From: Octopus bimaculoides
Taxonomy: Eukaryota
Assembly (NCBI RefSeq): GCF_001194135.2
Contig: NC_068982.1
Location: 174,039,803 to 174,085,956 of the forward strand
DNA length: 46,154 nucleotides
Direction of reading: 5' to 3'
Shown here: positions 11,006-23,543 of the stretch, piece by piece
How the letters are laid out: each line of letters opens with the position of its first letter
Position numbering within the stretch: position 1 is the stretch's first letter
Notes under the pieces: generated by a model
Databases searched by the model: none
The model's input: the letters and a program-made list of their open reading frames with translations, nothing else
What the model was told of the DNA's origin: nothing
Position numbers and translations under genes: made by a program

Positions 11006-11394
11006 GGCGCAGGAGTGGCTGTGTGGTAAGTAGCTTGCTTACCAACGACATGGTTCCGGGTTCATTCCCACTGCGTGGCACCTTGGGCAAGTGTTTTCTA
11101 CTATAGCCTTGGGCCGACCAAAGCCTTGTGAGTGGATTTGGTAGACGGAAACTGAAAGAAGCCCGTCGCATATATGTATATATATGTGTATGCTTGTGTC
11201 TGTGTTTGTCCCCCTACCATCGCTTGACAACCGATGGTGGTGTGTTTACGTCCCCGTAACATAGCGGTTCGGCAAAACGGACCGATAGAATAAGTACCAG
11301 GCTTCCAAAGAATAAGTCCTGGGGTCGATTTGCTCGACTAAAGGCGGTGCTCCAGCATGGCCGCAGTCAAATGACTGAAACAAGTAAGAGAGTA
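11006..11394 (+). mobile_element. tRNA-derived CORE-type SINE, full length
   Basis: Head ggcgcaggagtggctgtgtggtaag...gggttcattcc, CORE-like gcaccttgggcaagtg, internal TA/TG tract, 3' end aaggcggtgctccagcatggccgcagtcaaatgactgaaacaagtaagag. Confidence 0.9.
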
Positions 11395-12399
11395 TGAACA
11401 CTATAGAAATGCAAATCATCCTTTCTTTCTAAAGTAGGTCCTCTTAATTTTTTGCATTCTGTAGAATTTATACGGTTCTTACTGGTATTATTTAACGTCT
11501 CATGTACTTATTTAACACCGTAGAATGTTATTAGTGAGATATTTTGTGCCACTATTTCTAGCAGCGCCAGCGACCTCACAGAGGTTCCCTCGTTGGCTGA
11601 AATGCTGTGCTATGTAGTGAGGTAAAGATATGTTTCTTCTTATTCCAATACTTTCAGCTTCAATTGTATGTTAACTTTAACTCCAATGGTAAGCAACGAA
11701 TACTGGTATTGTACTATTTGCGTAGAAGTTATATCGTTTGTTCTTTTCATAAAAAAGTTTACTTTTTCCGACTCGCATAGCCTGAAGGTTGCAACATTAC
11801 CAAACTGCTCTTCTCATTTTTGTTGTTACTTTAGTTCATATTATTGCTTGTGTAGCTTGTGTTGCTGTTATTGTTGTTTATCCCGAAGATCATGCAGACC
11901 CATGATTAAAGGCATTCAAACTAAAACTATCCCATCTTATTTTCAGAAACAGTGAAGCCTGAAGTATATTATCCAATACGATGTTCTTTTTTAAAAGGAT
12001 TTAGCTATTATTACCAGCAGAATCATTATGTGAGAGCTCCTTCGTTGGTTCGCATTGGTATTATTGCTTGTGGTTGTGGTGGTGGTGGTGGTGGTGTTTT
12101 AGTTGCTATTTTTGTAAAATATGTTAAATTTCTCTACGAAGTCAAAATATGACAAACAGCGTGGTATGATTGTATCTTTTTATTTTATATGTATGTGACC
12201 GTTTATGTAATATCATATACTGTACTAAGATAATAAAGTAAAATATAGTTTAGTGCAGTAATATTGAAGTAGTTTAGTGTGATAAAATGCATTACACCAC
12301 AGTAGAGAAGTGTGAGCGTGTAGTATTAATGCAACATCATGAAATAATGACTGTAGTCTCCAGATGTCAGATAAATTCGTTCGTCTCTCTCTTTCTTTT

Positions 12400-12434
<35 letters not shown>

Positions 12435-12439
12435 TTCTT

Positions 12440-12477
<38 letters not shown>

Positions 12478-12974
12478 CTTCTTTCTCTCTCTCTCTCTCT
12501 CACACACACCACTTATTTTAATCCTCTCCAATGGTGTTTGAATAAACTCGGAAAGTATTTTTATCGTAGTCTTTTATGGAGTAATTTGCAGCTCTATTCT
12601 TCCTCTACAACTTTAAATAAGAAATAAGTGGAAATTTTACCGGCGAGTGTGTTAAATTATAAGGCACAAAAAGAAAATGACTCTCCCCAGACAACAGAAT
12701 TTTGCTTAACGCTTTTAGAAATTTGAATAAATTTTACCTCTTTGCAAACATATAATGATGGAGTACCTAGTAGCAAAAAAAAAATGAACGAATTTATCTG
12801 ACAACCTATTATTTTAATGTGAAAAGATGATTCTGACCAAATTCCAGCTTCAGCTTCCATCACCAGGTTGAAATAAATTCTCTTCCCTAATTTTCATACT
12901 TTTTCCAAAGACTTTTCCTCGCTTCTCATGAACCCACACAAAAATTAGACGAGAAAATTTTTTTTTTGATATAG

Positions 12975-13250
12975 CTTGGCTGTATGTGCGATTAAAAAGT
13001 TCACTTTGCAATCATGAAGTTTCGGGTTTAGTCCTCCTGTGCGACACCTTGGGCAAATGCCTCCTACTATAATCCCGAATGCCATGTGAGTGATTTTGTT
13101 AGTAGGGAAATACGTGGAAACTCGTTGTATATATATATATACTATATATATTTGTCTTTGTGTTTGTTCACCCACATGCAGCTAAAACCTTCAAGGCAGC
13201 GCCCCAGTATGGATGCTCTACAATGACCTGAAATAAGTAAAAGGCGAAAA
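12975..13250 (+). mobile_element. Degenerate CORE-type SINE
   Basis: tggctgtatgtgcg..., gacaccttgggcaaatgcc, aaggcagcgccccagtatgg...ctgaaataagtaaaagg. Confidence 0.7.
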
Positions 13251-13366
13251 GATGTTCCGTTGCATCTATATCAATTCGTGTCTGACCAAAACTGGTGATC
13301 TGTAAATAGCTTGTATAAATATAATCTGTTGTCTAGGAGGATCATATATTTCATCGAATAACATAA

Positions 13367-13745
13367 AACAAGAGCACTCAGAGAGCGCAAACCTCCGCCA
13401 AGGCAACACCAACGTCTTCTCAACGATTATCCAGAGATGATTTTTAAAATGAGAATATCTGTATTAAACTCGACTGATCTCACAAACGAGAATACTAAAA
13501 ATGAACTTGACTGCTCTCTAAAATTAAGTAAAAAAAAAAATTTTTTAAAAAATAAAAAATAAAAAAAACGGAAAAATAATTCAGAATCCTTGTCCGGTAG
13601 TGGATCGATCCCAAAATCTAATCAGTTCGTGCCTGTCACGAGGCCAAACATCCCTGAAAGTTTCATCCGAATCTATTCAGCGGTTCTTGAGATATCAAAC
13701 ACGACTGAAAACAATACCTCCGCCTTCGCTAAGGCGGATGTAATA
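13367..13745 (+). mobile_element. HINE/DINE-like (Helentron-associated) non-autonomous element
   Basis: Subterminal acctccgccaagg at 13391-13403 recurs as a 3' hairpin, acctccgcctt-cgct-aaggcggatgt (13716-13741). A-rich interior. Confidence 0.55.
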
Positions 13746-13970
13746 ACATGGCTACTCCTTATTCTTCAGCACTTGTTTCATTAAAAATTTGTTTATGTTA
13801 GCTTATATCTTCTAAGTGATTATTTGCCATAGCTTACACTATGATCCCTTTTATTTTTGATCGTATCTAATGATGACCAACTTTAGATTGGTTATTTGCA
13901 TGTCACAATTTTGTATATTCTCAGAAAAACGTTTTCAAAATGGGAGTGTATTTATGAACAATATTTATTC

Positions 13971-14344
13971 TTTTATTCTTTTACTTGTTTCAGTCATTTG
14001 AGTATGGCTATGCTGGAGCACCGCCTTTAGTCAAACAAATCGACCCCAGGACTTATTCTTTGTAAACCTAGTATTTATTCTATCGGTTTCTTTTTGCCGA
14101 ACCGCTAGGTTACTAGGACTTTAGCACACCAACATCGGTTGTTAAGCGATGGTGGGGGTACAAACACACAAATATATAGATATATACGACGAGCTTCTTT
14201 CAGTTTCCGTCTACCAAATCCACTTAAAAGGCTTTGGTTGGCCCGAGGTTATAATAGAAGACACTTGCCCAAGGTGCCATACAGTGGGACTGAACCCCGA
14301 ACCATGTGGTTGGGAAGCAAGCTTCTCACAACACAGCCACGCCT
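13971..14344 (-). mobile_element. tRNA-derived CORE-type SINE, full length
   Basis: Reverse complement of the 11006-11394 family along its entire length. Confidence 0.9.
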
Positions 14345-16121
14345 CTCTAGCATGTGTCTTTTATTTACATTGTTGTATTTTGTGTCTGTATGTGTGTTTG
14401 TGTGTGTGGTGTGTGCACGCGCACGTGCGTGTGTGTGTGTGTGTTATTTCAGGTTTTTATATGTGCTTGATTTTTATTTTCCTATTTTGAACTTCATTTC
14501 TTTCTTATACCTTGCGGTTCTTTAATAGAATGTGATTTATTCGTGTAAGTATAAAATCTTGAGTTGTTTTTCCTCTCAACAGGTTTAAAGGTTAAAGATT
14601 AATAATATGTTTTGCGTCTAGATTTTATTTCTAAAGGCCTTTATTTCTCCTGCTTCTTTCACATACGACTAGTGGACGCTGGTGTACTTTATAGAATACT
14701 TTATAAAATAAGAACAATTTCCGGGTTTTTGATTAATATCTTCTATTCTAGTTTTAGTTTACAGTATTGAAGATGTGTTATTACAAGCGTAGCTATTGTA
14801 GTGGTTGTTTTCCTATACATTTTTGTACTTTACATGCACTATTTAACACAATATTCAATCAATTGATGTTTTCTTTAATTTAACTCCTTTTATGAAAATG
14901 TTCTCTTGGATTAGATCCCAGTGCCAGCAAAGACCAATTAAATAGATTTGGTTCAATATCTGTTATAGTTGCATGCAATGTTATTGTTATTTCCTCTAGT
15001 CAGCTTTATTTTTTTTCTTTTTCGGAGTGTCTGTTGGATATATTTAGCGTTTACTCTATTGGAATAAAATTGTATTGTCTAAAATAGTGATTCTAATCTT
15101 GTTTTATTGCTACATTTCGAATAGAATAAGTTGTTTTTTTCTATTTCTTAATTTTTCGATACACGAAAATGAAAACAAACATGCTATAGAAATAAAAGAA
15201 TCAACTTAGAAGATATCTAAATGTCATTTATATATTTATTCACGATGGTAGTGGTACACTCCATAAACTTCAACACCAGTTAGCCGTTCTTCCTAGAATT
15301 ACTGCTTGGGTGTTTATTTTTTGTTTTCTGCTTTTTTTTTTCTGAGATTTTTTGTGTCTGTTTTTTTTTTCTGAGATATTTTGTATCTTAACGTCAAAAT
15401 AATACTATTTAAAAATGAAAAGCGACAGGACTGTCTTTTGTCTGATGTGGATAAATAAATATTGTCTACGCTCTTTTCATTTATTCTGGAATTGCATGGG
15501 TCATAATTTTATACACAAATATTTTTCTGGAGTTAATCGATGGGTTATAGAATATAGAATCTTATCTAAAACGAAACGGGAATAAGAAAGCACAGGACGT
15601 GGGAAAATAGTTCTAAAAATATGTACGTTTCTCAAATCAAACGAACCGACCGGAAACGCATTTTAAATGTTCGTAATCTCTATTATTTCGGTATTAAATT
15701 TTAATCAAGAGGGGGATGTATGTTCTACTTTTTATTTTAAATCTTACGGTCATGTATTACATTACAACTTGACGTCTGGTTTTACTCATAATTCCGTTAT
15801 ATTGAAATGAGACTAATACTACTAAAGAAAAATTTTTTGCCAAAGAACACGTTAAAATCCGCGCAGATATTTTGAGATATCTGGCATATTACTCTGTGAT
15901 TTCATTGATACATGCAGATGCAAACAGTTGCACTCTTCAAACAACATGTTTTCGAGTGATTAAACAAGACAACTTTCTAGTTTTATTTTTTCTTCTTTTT
16001 ATTTTGAGGCTTAGCGGTCTTTCTTTGTAGCACCTCGGTCAAATAGCTTCTATTATAGCCCCGGGCCAACTAATGGAAGCCGATCTCTCTCCCCGCTTCT
16101 TCCCCCTCTCTCTTTCTTTCC

Positions 16122-16155
<34 letters not shown>

Positions 16156-16236
16156 GCAGTCAGTGGTCGCGACCATGATAGTTCATGATTTTGGCGTGAC
16201 TTGATAAGTCTTCTCCAGACTGGTCGATTTTTCTCT

Positions 16237-16350
16237 TGGCTCTGACGAAAATTGCATCAATTTACTGATAGATTTACTCAATTGGTTTATTGATCAGGTG
16301 TGAAAAATTGAACGACCTAAAAAAAATTGATGCTATTTTTGTCAGAGCCA
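16237..16350. repeat. 114-bp element with 27-bp imperfect inverted ends
   Basis: 16237-16263 (tggctctgacgaaaattgcatcaattt) versus the reverse complement of 16324-16350: 25/27 identical, 60-nt spacer. Confidence 0.75.
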
Positions 16351-16525
16351 TATCATTATGTCTTTGTGTCTGTACATGTCCCGCTACATCGCTTAGCAGT
16401 CGCTGTTGGTTTGTTTACCTCCTCACATTTTACTCATAGTATGTTCCGATAGCATGCAAACAAGTTTTCGGGTCCCTTACAACATATACCATTCTCCCTT
16501 TTATTTATTTATTTATCTTACCCCG

Positions 16526-17173
16526 ACGCAAAGTTGCAGAAATAGTATGGAGAAGAATGTATGAGACGCAAATAAGTGTACTAGTGGTTCAGATGTTTCG
16601 AAGATGGCCGAAACATGTCGTAATTGACGAACGTATTGGGAGACCTACAACCAGCAGAACTGAGAAAAACATTGTAGATGTGCGTGCAGCTGTGAGAGAA
16701 AATCGTCGAATCACCATCCATGAGTTATCAGAGAAATGTACAGATTAGTTACTCTTCAGTTCAGTCCATTAGCACTGAAGACGCGTGTCTGCCAAGTTTA
16801 TGCCAAAACTGCCTTCATCTGACCAAAAAAAGACACCCGAGTTTCAGTTGCACAAGATCTCTTTGATTATGCCGAAAACGATGAAAGCATTTTGAAAACT
16901 TCGCGTAGACCTCTGAGCAGGTATCGCCAAGCTTTTGGCAAAATTTGATGCAGATTGACTGATCAGCTTTCTCTGTCATGGTCGATGCGACGATCACAAG
17001 CTACACACGTTCCTTCCAAGCACTGCTTTAAACAGCGGAAGTGAGCTAGTACTCTAAAACTTAATGCAAATGCACAGAAGATTTCAAGGTCAATCTGTGC
17101 CAAGCGGCTTCATTTTGCATACCTTAGCTTTGTTACTATGGCAACAGTCCTGATATTTATTGATCAGGCCACG
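16526..17173. mobile_element. Rearranged mariner remnant (5' end on minus, following segment inverted onto plus)
   Basis: Minus 17173-16899 holds the TIR (cgtggcctgatcaataaatatcaggac) and MTEKADQSICIKFCQKLGDTCSEVYAK. Plus 16526-16898 continues ..AKLQK..GEECM..WF..F..G..DERIGRPTTSRTEKNIVDVRAAVRENRRITIHEL..AKFMPK. Confidence 0.8.
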
Positions 17174-17301
17174 TACATATATCTCACGGGATGGAGTACT
17201 CATATATATATATATGTGTACATATTTATATGTATGTATGTATATATATGTATATATGTATGTATATATATATCTATATATATATATATANNNNNNNNNN
17301 N

Positions 17302-17350
<49 letters not shown>

Positions 17351-17830
17351 ATATATATATAGGCATGTATGTATCTATCATCTATCTATATTTGTATGCA
17401 TATATACGTTATGTGTGTGTATATTATATACACAGAGGGAATGAGAGAGTTTCGTTACAATAGGCGTTTCAAATCCACCTAGTTCTTCATTATGAAATAA
17501 AAAAAAACGTAAATAATGTATTTTATAAAATGAGCACAGCTGTAAAAAAAAAATTGGTATGCCTAGAGGAGTGAACAACCAACAAAGTGATGATATCAAA
17601 TGCAAGGAATGCGTCTATCAGTATAAGTATTATATTAATGTGGGGGGGGGTATAGATATAGACGTATATAAATATGTTTATATGTATGTGTGTATGTATG
17701 TATGTATGTACGTATGTATAACGCGAGCCTGTATATATATATATATATTTAAATGTTTATTATATATATGTGTGTGTGTGTGTATGTGTGTATCTGTAAG
17801 TACTTATGCATATATACAAATGTGTGTATG

Positions 17831-17914
<84 letters not shown>

Positions 17915-18597
17915 ATAGACACATACATACACACATGAAATACATACATACATACATACATACATACATTCATACATACGTAGAAAAATATATTATAAAC
18001 CCCTCATCCTCCCTCGCTTCCATCAAAATAGATTAGTTCTTTTCATAGTTGTTCTCATCTTTTTACTCTAAGCTTGCTGCGAAGGGAGTGCTAGAGATAT
18101 CTAAGTTTAACGAGTCACACTTGCATACATATGTGTAGGTCTTTGTGTTTATACCTGAGAGATTGAGAGACACAGAGAGGGAGAGAGAGAGAGGAGGAGG
18201 ATAGAGTGTGTTTGTGTGTATTTGCGTGTTTGTGTGTGTTTGTGTGTATCTGAGCACGCGCGTGGATGCGTGTGCGCGATCTGTATGTTTCTCACTATTA
18301 ATGCTCTTTTCGACATGCAAGGTGGTTGTCTTGAAAAAAAAAGTCCTCTTCAAAGTCACTCAGAAATCCTATTCTCGTCTAGATATTGGAGAGTACAAAC
18401 CTTTTATTAACGTTTCATTTGTCGTAAATAATTTCCGTTCAGAGATAAACTCCAATAGTCTGTTGCGTTTTCACTTACATCGTTACATGTGCTATATTTT
18501 TCAAAATTTCTCCTAGAATATATTGATTTAAAGACGGTCACTACTTATAAAAGAATACGTAATCCACCTGTTATAGATATATATGTATTCACACACG

Positions 18598-18633
<36 letters not shown>

Positions 18634-18699
18634 ATATAGTAGTTACTTTCACGTACACGAGCAAAGCCATTGCTAGAAAGAATCACAGAAATGAGTCAT

Positions 18700-19095
18700 T
18701 GATGATGTAATGTGAGGACTTATATGACTCTTGAGCCCGGCAAAAGATTTGCACATTCTATTGCATAATGCACAGCTGTTCTGGCTGGCAGGACAAACAG
18801 GTGCCGCAGTATGAACTCTTTTGACATGCCTTTTCAATCCTCCAACTGAAAGGCACCCCACTCCACAGGTTGCACATGTTCTGTTGTGAACAATAGCCAT
18901 GTCACAATTTAAAATGGGTTGATTCCTGTGAGTTCTCTGATGGCTGACCAGGCCTGCACGATTCAAGCATTTCCTCTCATAAATCACATAAAAAGCAGCA
19001 CTCCCTCATTTTCCACTGGTTCATTCTTTCTAAGCATTCGCTTAATCTCTTCGTGCTTCATTCTCTCTCAATCAAACTTCGAACAACCACTGCAC
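18700..19095 (-). pseudogene. RTE-clade LINE 3' fragment with C-terminal zinc-finger-like repeats
   Basis: ERKCLNRAGLVSHQRTH, CATCGVGCLSVGGLKRHVKRVH, CALCNRMCKSFAGLKSH, preceded by a KH.EIKRMLRK segment typical of the end of RTE ORFs. No TGEKP linkers. Confidence 0.65.
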
Positions 19096-19530
19096 AATAT
19101 AAATATATAGACATATATATATGTATGTATATAGTTCACAGATTCGATCAAGAGATTTTCGGTATAGAAGACACTTAATAGTGCTCAAAAGATTTAAGCT
19201 TAGATTCCGCTGTCTTTATAGGAGATCGATTCTGCAAAGTAGAGAATGACTGTAAGAGGGATCAAGTTGTGCGAATATAAAGGCAATTAGGCGGCTAAAC
19301 AAATTAAATACATTAGATGTATTAAATTTAATAGTTTGGATATGAAACACACAATATGTATATATGTATACACGCAAAACGAGAGAACGCAAAAGGTGTA
19401 GACTTTCAGATGAATTTTTAAGTATAAATATATAGATATTTATATTAATAGGTCCAATTTAGAGTATAAACGACAGAGAAAATTAAAGGGGAAGGCGAAA
19501 GGTGTTATAAGATCTGAAATGTAAGATCTT

Positions 19531-19657
19531 CTCTACTCTGATGACGGAGGATCGTCTTATCTAATGTAGATTGTATCCATTACGTCCATATATTGTGATG
19601 AACCACATTTACCAACATTATTATGGATCTCCGAACCCACAGAAACAGCTGTTAGAC
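19531..19657 (+). ncRNA. Hammerhead-like motif with long stem II insertion (PLE terminus remnant)
   Basis: CTGATGA at 19538-19544; CGGAG..ATC / GATCTCCG stem; GAAAC at 19642-19646; perfect palindrome ACAGCTGT; GTT triplet. Stem I and the base of stem II are imperfect. Confidence 0.4.
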
Positions 19658-19698
19658 TTATAATTGCTTCTCTCTCTCTCTATTTATTTATTTATTTA

Positions 19699-19769
<71 letters not shown>

Positions 19770-20292
19770 NNNNNNNNNNNNNNNNNNNNNTAAATTTATA
19801 CTGAGAACATGTAAACAGGAAATGCTTTGAGAATTTCCTCATAGAAAAAAGTAAGGCAGTGTTGAGTTACCGGTTTCTTTCGCTTTAAAATGACGACCTA
19901 GTTATGCTGAAATAAAAATGAAAATGAATTGAAATAAATGAAAATTAATTTTTCATAACACCCGGTCTGGAGATTCAGTGTTTTCATTATAAAGATCACG
20001 CAGTGCTTTCTGATCGTTGGTAGATAGCAGTTGATAGCAGTAGAATTACAGAACCATGTGATCTTTGTAAGACAAACATCTGAGCTTCTAGCCCTGATAT
20101 GAAAGATTAATTGAATTTGGTTTATTTCAATTTATTTGTTCTTTTATTTCAGCATGACTAGATTTTAGTATTTTAAACAAAAAACAGGTACAAGTAAAAA
20201 GACATTTTTTGTTTTAGAGAGAGAGAGTCAATAACAGGGAATAGGAAGGATTATGTAGAAAGGTGGAGAGGATTGGGAAAGAAGGGTTTAAT

Positions 20293-20350
<58 letters not shown>

Positions 20351-20355
<5 letters not shown>

Positions 20356-21413
20356 ACCCGAACAGGGATCGTAAACACACGTGTTACATCAAAATTCAGA
20401 CCATCTCCAAACCCAAACACCATGTACAAAAAATAGCTGACAAAGGGTTGGACTGTATCCGAGTAAGTAATACTCATTGAAATTTATTCCTATTTTTCCA
20501 AATATAATGAGGTATTTTAACTTGATACCTCCACTACCCGAACAGCGATAGTAAACACACGTGTTACATCAAAATACAGACCATCTCCAAACCCAAACAC
20601 CATGTACAAAAAATAGCTGACAANNNNNNNNNNNNNNNNNNNNNNNNNNNNNNNNNNNNNNNNNNNNNNNNNNNNNNNNNNNNNNNNNNNNNNNNNNNNN
20701 NNNNNNNNNNNNNNNNNNNNNNNNNNNNNNNNNNNNNNNNNNNNNNNNNNNNNNNNNNNNNNNNNNNNNNNNNNNNNNNNNNNNNNNNNNNNNNNNNNNN
20801 NNNNNNNNNNNNNNNNNNNNNNNNNNNNNNNNNNNNNNNNNNNNNNNNNNNNNNNNNNNNNNNNNNNNNNNNNNNNNNNNNNNNNNNNNNNNNNNNNNNN
20901 NNNNNNNNNNNNNNNNNNNNNNNNNNNNNNNNNNNNNNNNNNNNNNNNNNNNNNNNNNNNNNNNNNNNNNNNNNNNNNNNNNNNNNNNNNNNNNNNNNNN
21001 NNNNNNNNNNNNNNNNNNNNNNNNNNNNNNNNNNNNNNNNNNNNNNNNNNNNNNNNNNNNNNNNNNNNNNNNNNNNNNNNNNNNNNNNNNNNNNNNNNNN
21101 NNNNNNNNNNNNCATAAATGGACACGTGAGGAACACATTTCGATCCTACACGCCTATTTCACAGCAGTGCTCTACCCAAAAAACGAAAACGCAACAACAC
21201 ATACATATAAAATATGGAAGAAAAATAATGTAAATATAGATATATAACATACAGAAAATTGCACTACTGGGTACTGCACACATTCTACGCAAAACACTTT
21301 CAATACAGTAAACATAAGAGCACCGCAGCAAACCACAGCACATACCCAAGGCGCACAGAGCTGCGCTCGGTAGTGAAGTGAAAGCACGTTATAAAAATAA
21401 AACTACTGAACAA
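20351..21413 (+). mobile_element. Internally deleted R4/Dong-type LINE derivative in (AAT)n (contains gap 20624-21112)
   Basis: After the gap, KWTREEHISILHAYFTAVLYP..TYKIWKKNN (N-terminal-type motif) is fused at about 21232-21240 to IYNIQKIALLGTAHILRKTLSIQ* plus a 3' UTR near-identical to 42523-42695. (AAT)n lies on both sides. Confidence 0.75.
20352..20623 (+). repeat. 92-bp direct repeat (20352-20443 / 20532-20623)
   Basis: cactacccgaacag...catgtacaaaaaatagctgacaa occurs twice with a few substitutions. The second copy abuts a gap. Confidence 0.85.
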
Positions 21414-21967
21414 TAATAATAATAATAATAATATAAACATCACTTGCATTTTGCGGCAAGAAAACGGGAGAAGTTGTAAAAGAGAGAAAAGATTGTAAAG
21501 AGCATATAAACTGGAATGTTATTAAAAAAGGATATGGTTAAAATTCTAGAGTGAAAAGTTAATTTACACATGAAGGGTGGATGGAACAGGAGGGTTAAAA
21601 ATTATATATGCCATACGTGGTAGAGAGGTCTGGAAGGATATTAAACAGGGTGTAAAGCCGGAAAATTATTATAAAGCAAATTACTTTATACCGGCTGCGA
21701 GAATAGGCAGGAATACAGTAGAATGTGATCTTTATAAGAAAAATATCTGCGCTTCTAGAACTGGTATTATGAAAGATTAAGTTAACTTGCTTTATTTTGA
21801 TTTGTTTGCTCTTTTATTTCAGTATGGCTAGATCGTTTTCTTAAAGTGATCGAAACCGGTAGCTCTTTAATTTAAAAAGTAAATACCGACTTACTTTTTT
21901 CCAGAAAGTTCGCAAAGCATTTTCTTTTCATTTTATCAATATACTTGTGTGTGTGTGTGTGTGTGTC

Positions 21968-21998
<31 letters not shown>

Positions 21999-22818
21999 CT
22001 GTCTGTGTGTGTGTGTGTGTGTGCGTGCGTGCGCGTCTGTGTGTTTGTGCGTGCGCGCGCATGTATTCTATTTTAAAGTGAAAGTTGTAAATTATATATC
22101 TTTTTCTGTTACATTGGCCATATAAGTAACACGTTCTTCCGAGGCTCACTGTGAACTTACAACAAAAGGAAATTAGCACATACTAAACCACGCAACATGC
22201 AACGAATTTAGATAGGAAGACATTGGTTGAAAATACATCCCTACTATATAGGATTTTCGGAATAAAAAAGATGCTTAAAGAAGGTTGCACGACGTTAAAA
22301 TAAACGCACAGATAACATATACACCCATCACAAACAAATTAGGAAACAGTCGGGTACATATCTAATGGCCAAACTTCAAATATCAGCCAAAATATCTAAC
22401 CCTTTAAGAAATAAGGCCTACAGAAACCATATTAGCCCACCGTCAAATCAGAGCACTTGCTGTTACACACGCTAATAACTGAAACTTTGAAATGATCAGA
22501 GTCTAATATTTTGGCAAATATAGGAAATTTAATGTTTCAAACGTGTGTTTAAAGGATTCATGTGAAAACATACAATTACTTTATTAAAAAAGTCAAAACT
22601 GAAACATAGTCGTGTTTTTAACGTGTCTCACGAAAACCTGTTTTTGCAGAATAATACGATATATAATCGATTTAGTTTTGCTGTATATACTAGTTTTAGC
22701 AATCTGCAAGCTGAGAGTGCCTGCGGGCGTATCTACATTTTCATTTTATGGAGACAACGACATAAAAGTATATATATATATGCATGTATGTACGTGGGTA
22801 TGCACTCATGTGTGCATA

Positions 22819-22867
<49 letters not shown>

Positions 22868-22891
22868 GCATGTTTCCACGTATGCATCTAC

Positions 22892-22947
<56 letters not shown>

Positions 22948-23383
22948 GTGTGTGTACAGACACATATGTATATATATATATACATATATATATATGTATG
23001 TGTATATGTTTGTGTGTGTGTTCGCGCGCGCGTATGTGTGTGTGTGTGTGTATTCATACATGATACTGTACAAATCATTCTACAGCATGTAGTCGAAAGA
23101 CATCATTTCAGTTCTTCTTTCTTTTGTCAAGCTTATTTCTTTCCCACTCTACTCCGATAAATGGTTCACCCGAAAAGTTATTCTGCTTCTTTTTGTTTTT
23201 ACACAGCTAACTTTTTTTTCTATTTCTTTTATTTTGTTTGTTCTTGCGTTAACATTTTGTTCACTGCCTTTTGAATTTTTCTCTATCTATTGTAACCTCT
23301 CACGCTGTCGTAATTGTCCATCTTTCATTCTTCTTGTTCTATGTGTGCTTTTTAGCCCATATGTGTGTGTATGAATGTGTTTG

Positions 23384-23474
<91 letters not shown>

Positions 23475-23504
23475 TGTGTGTGTGTGTGTATAAATATGTG
23501 TGTT

Positions 23505-23543
<39 letters not shown>

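Noticed and set aside
18673-18987. Host C2H2 zinc-finger gene exon
   Set aside because: No TGEKP linkers, the first finger is broken by a frameshift, and the upstream sequence reads as an RTE ORF end.
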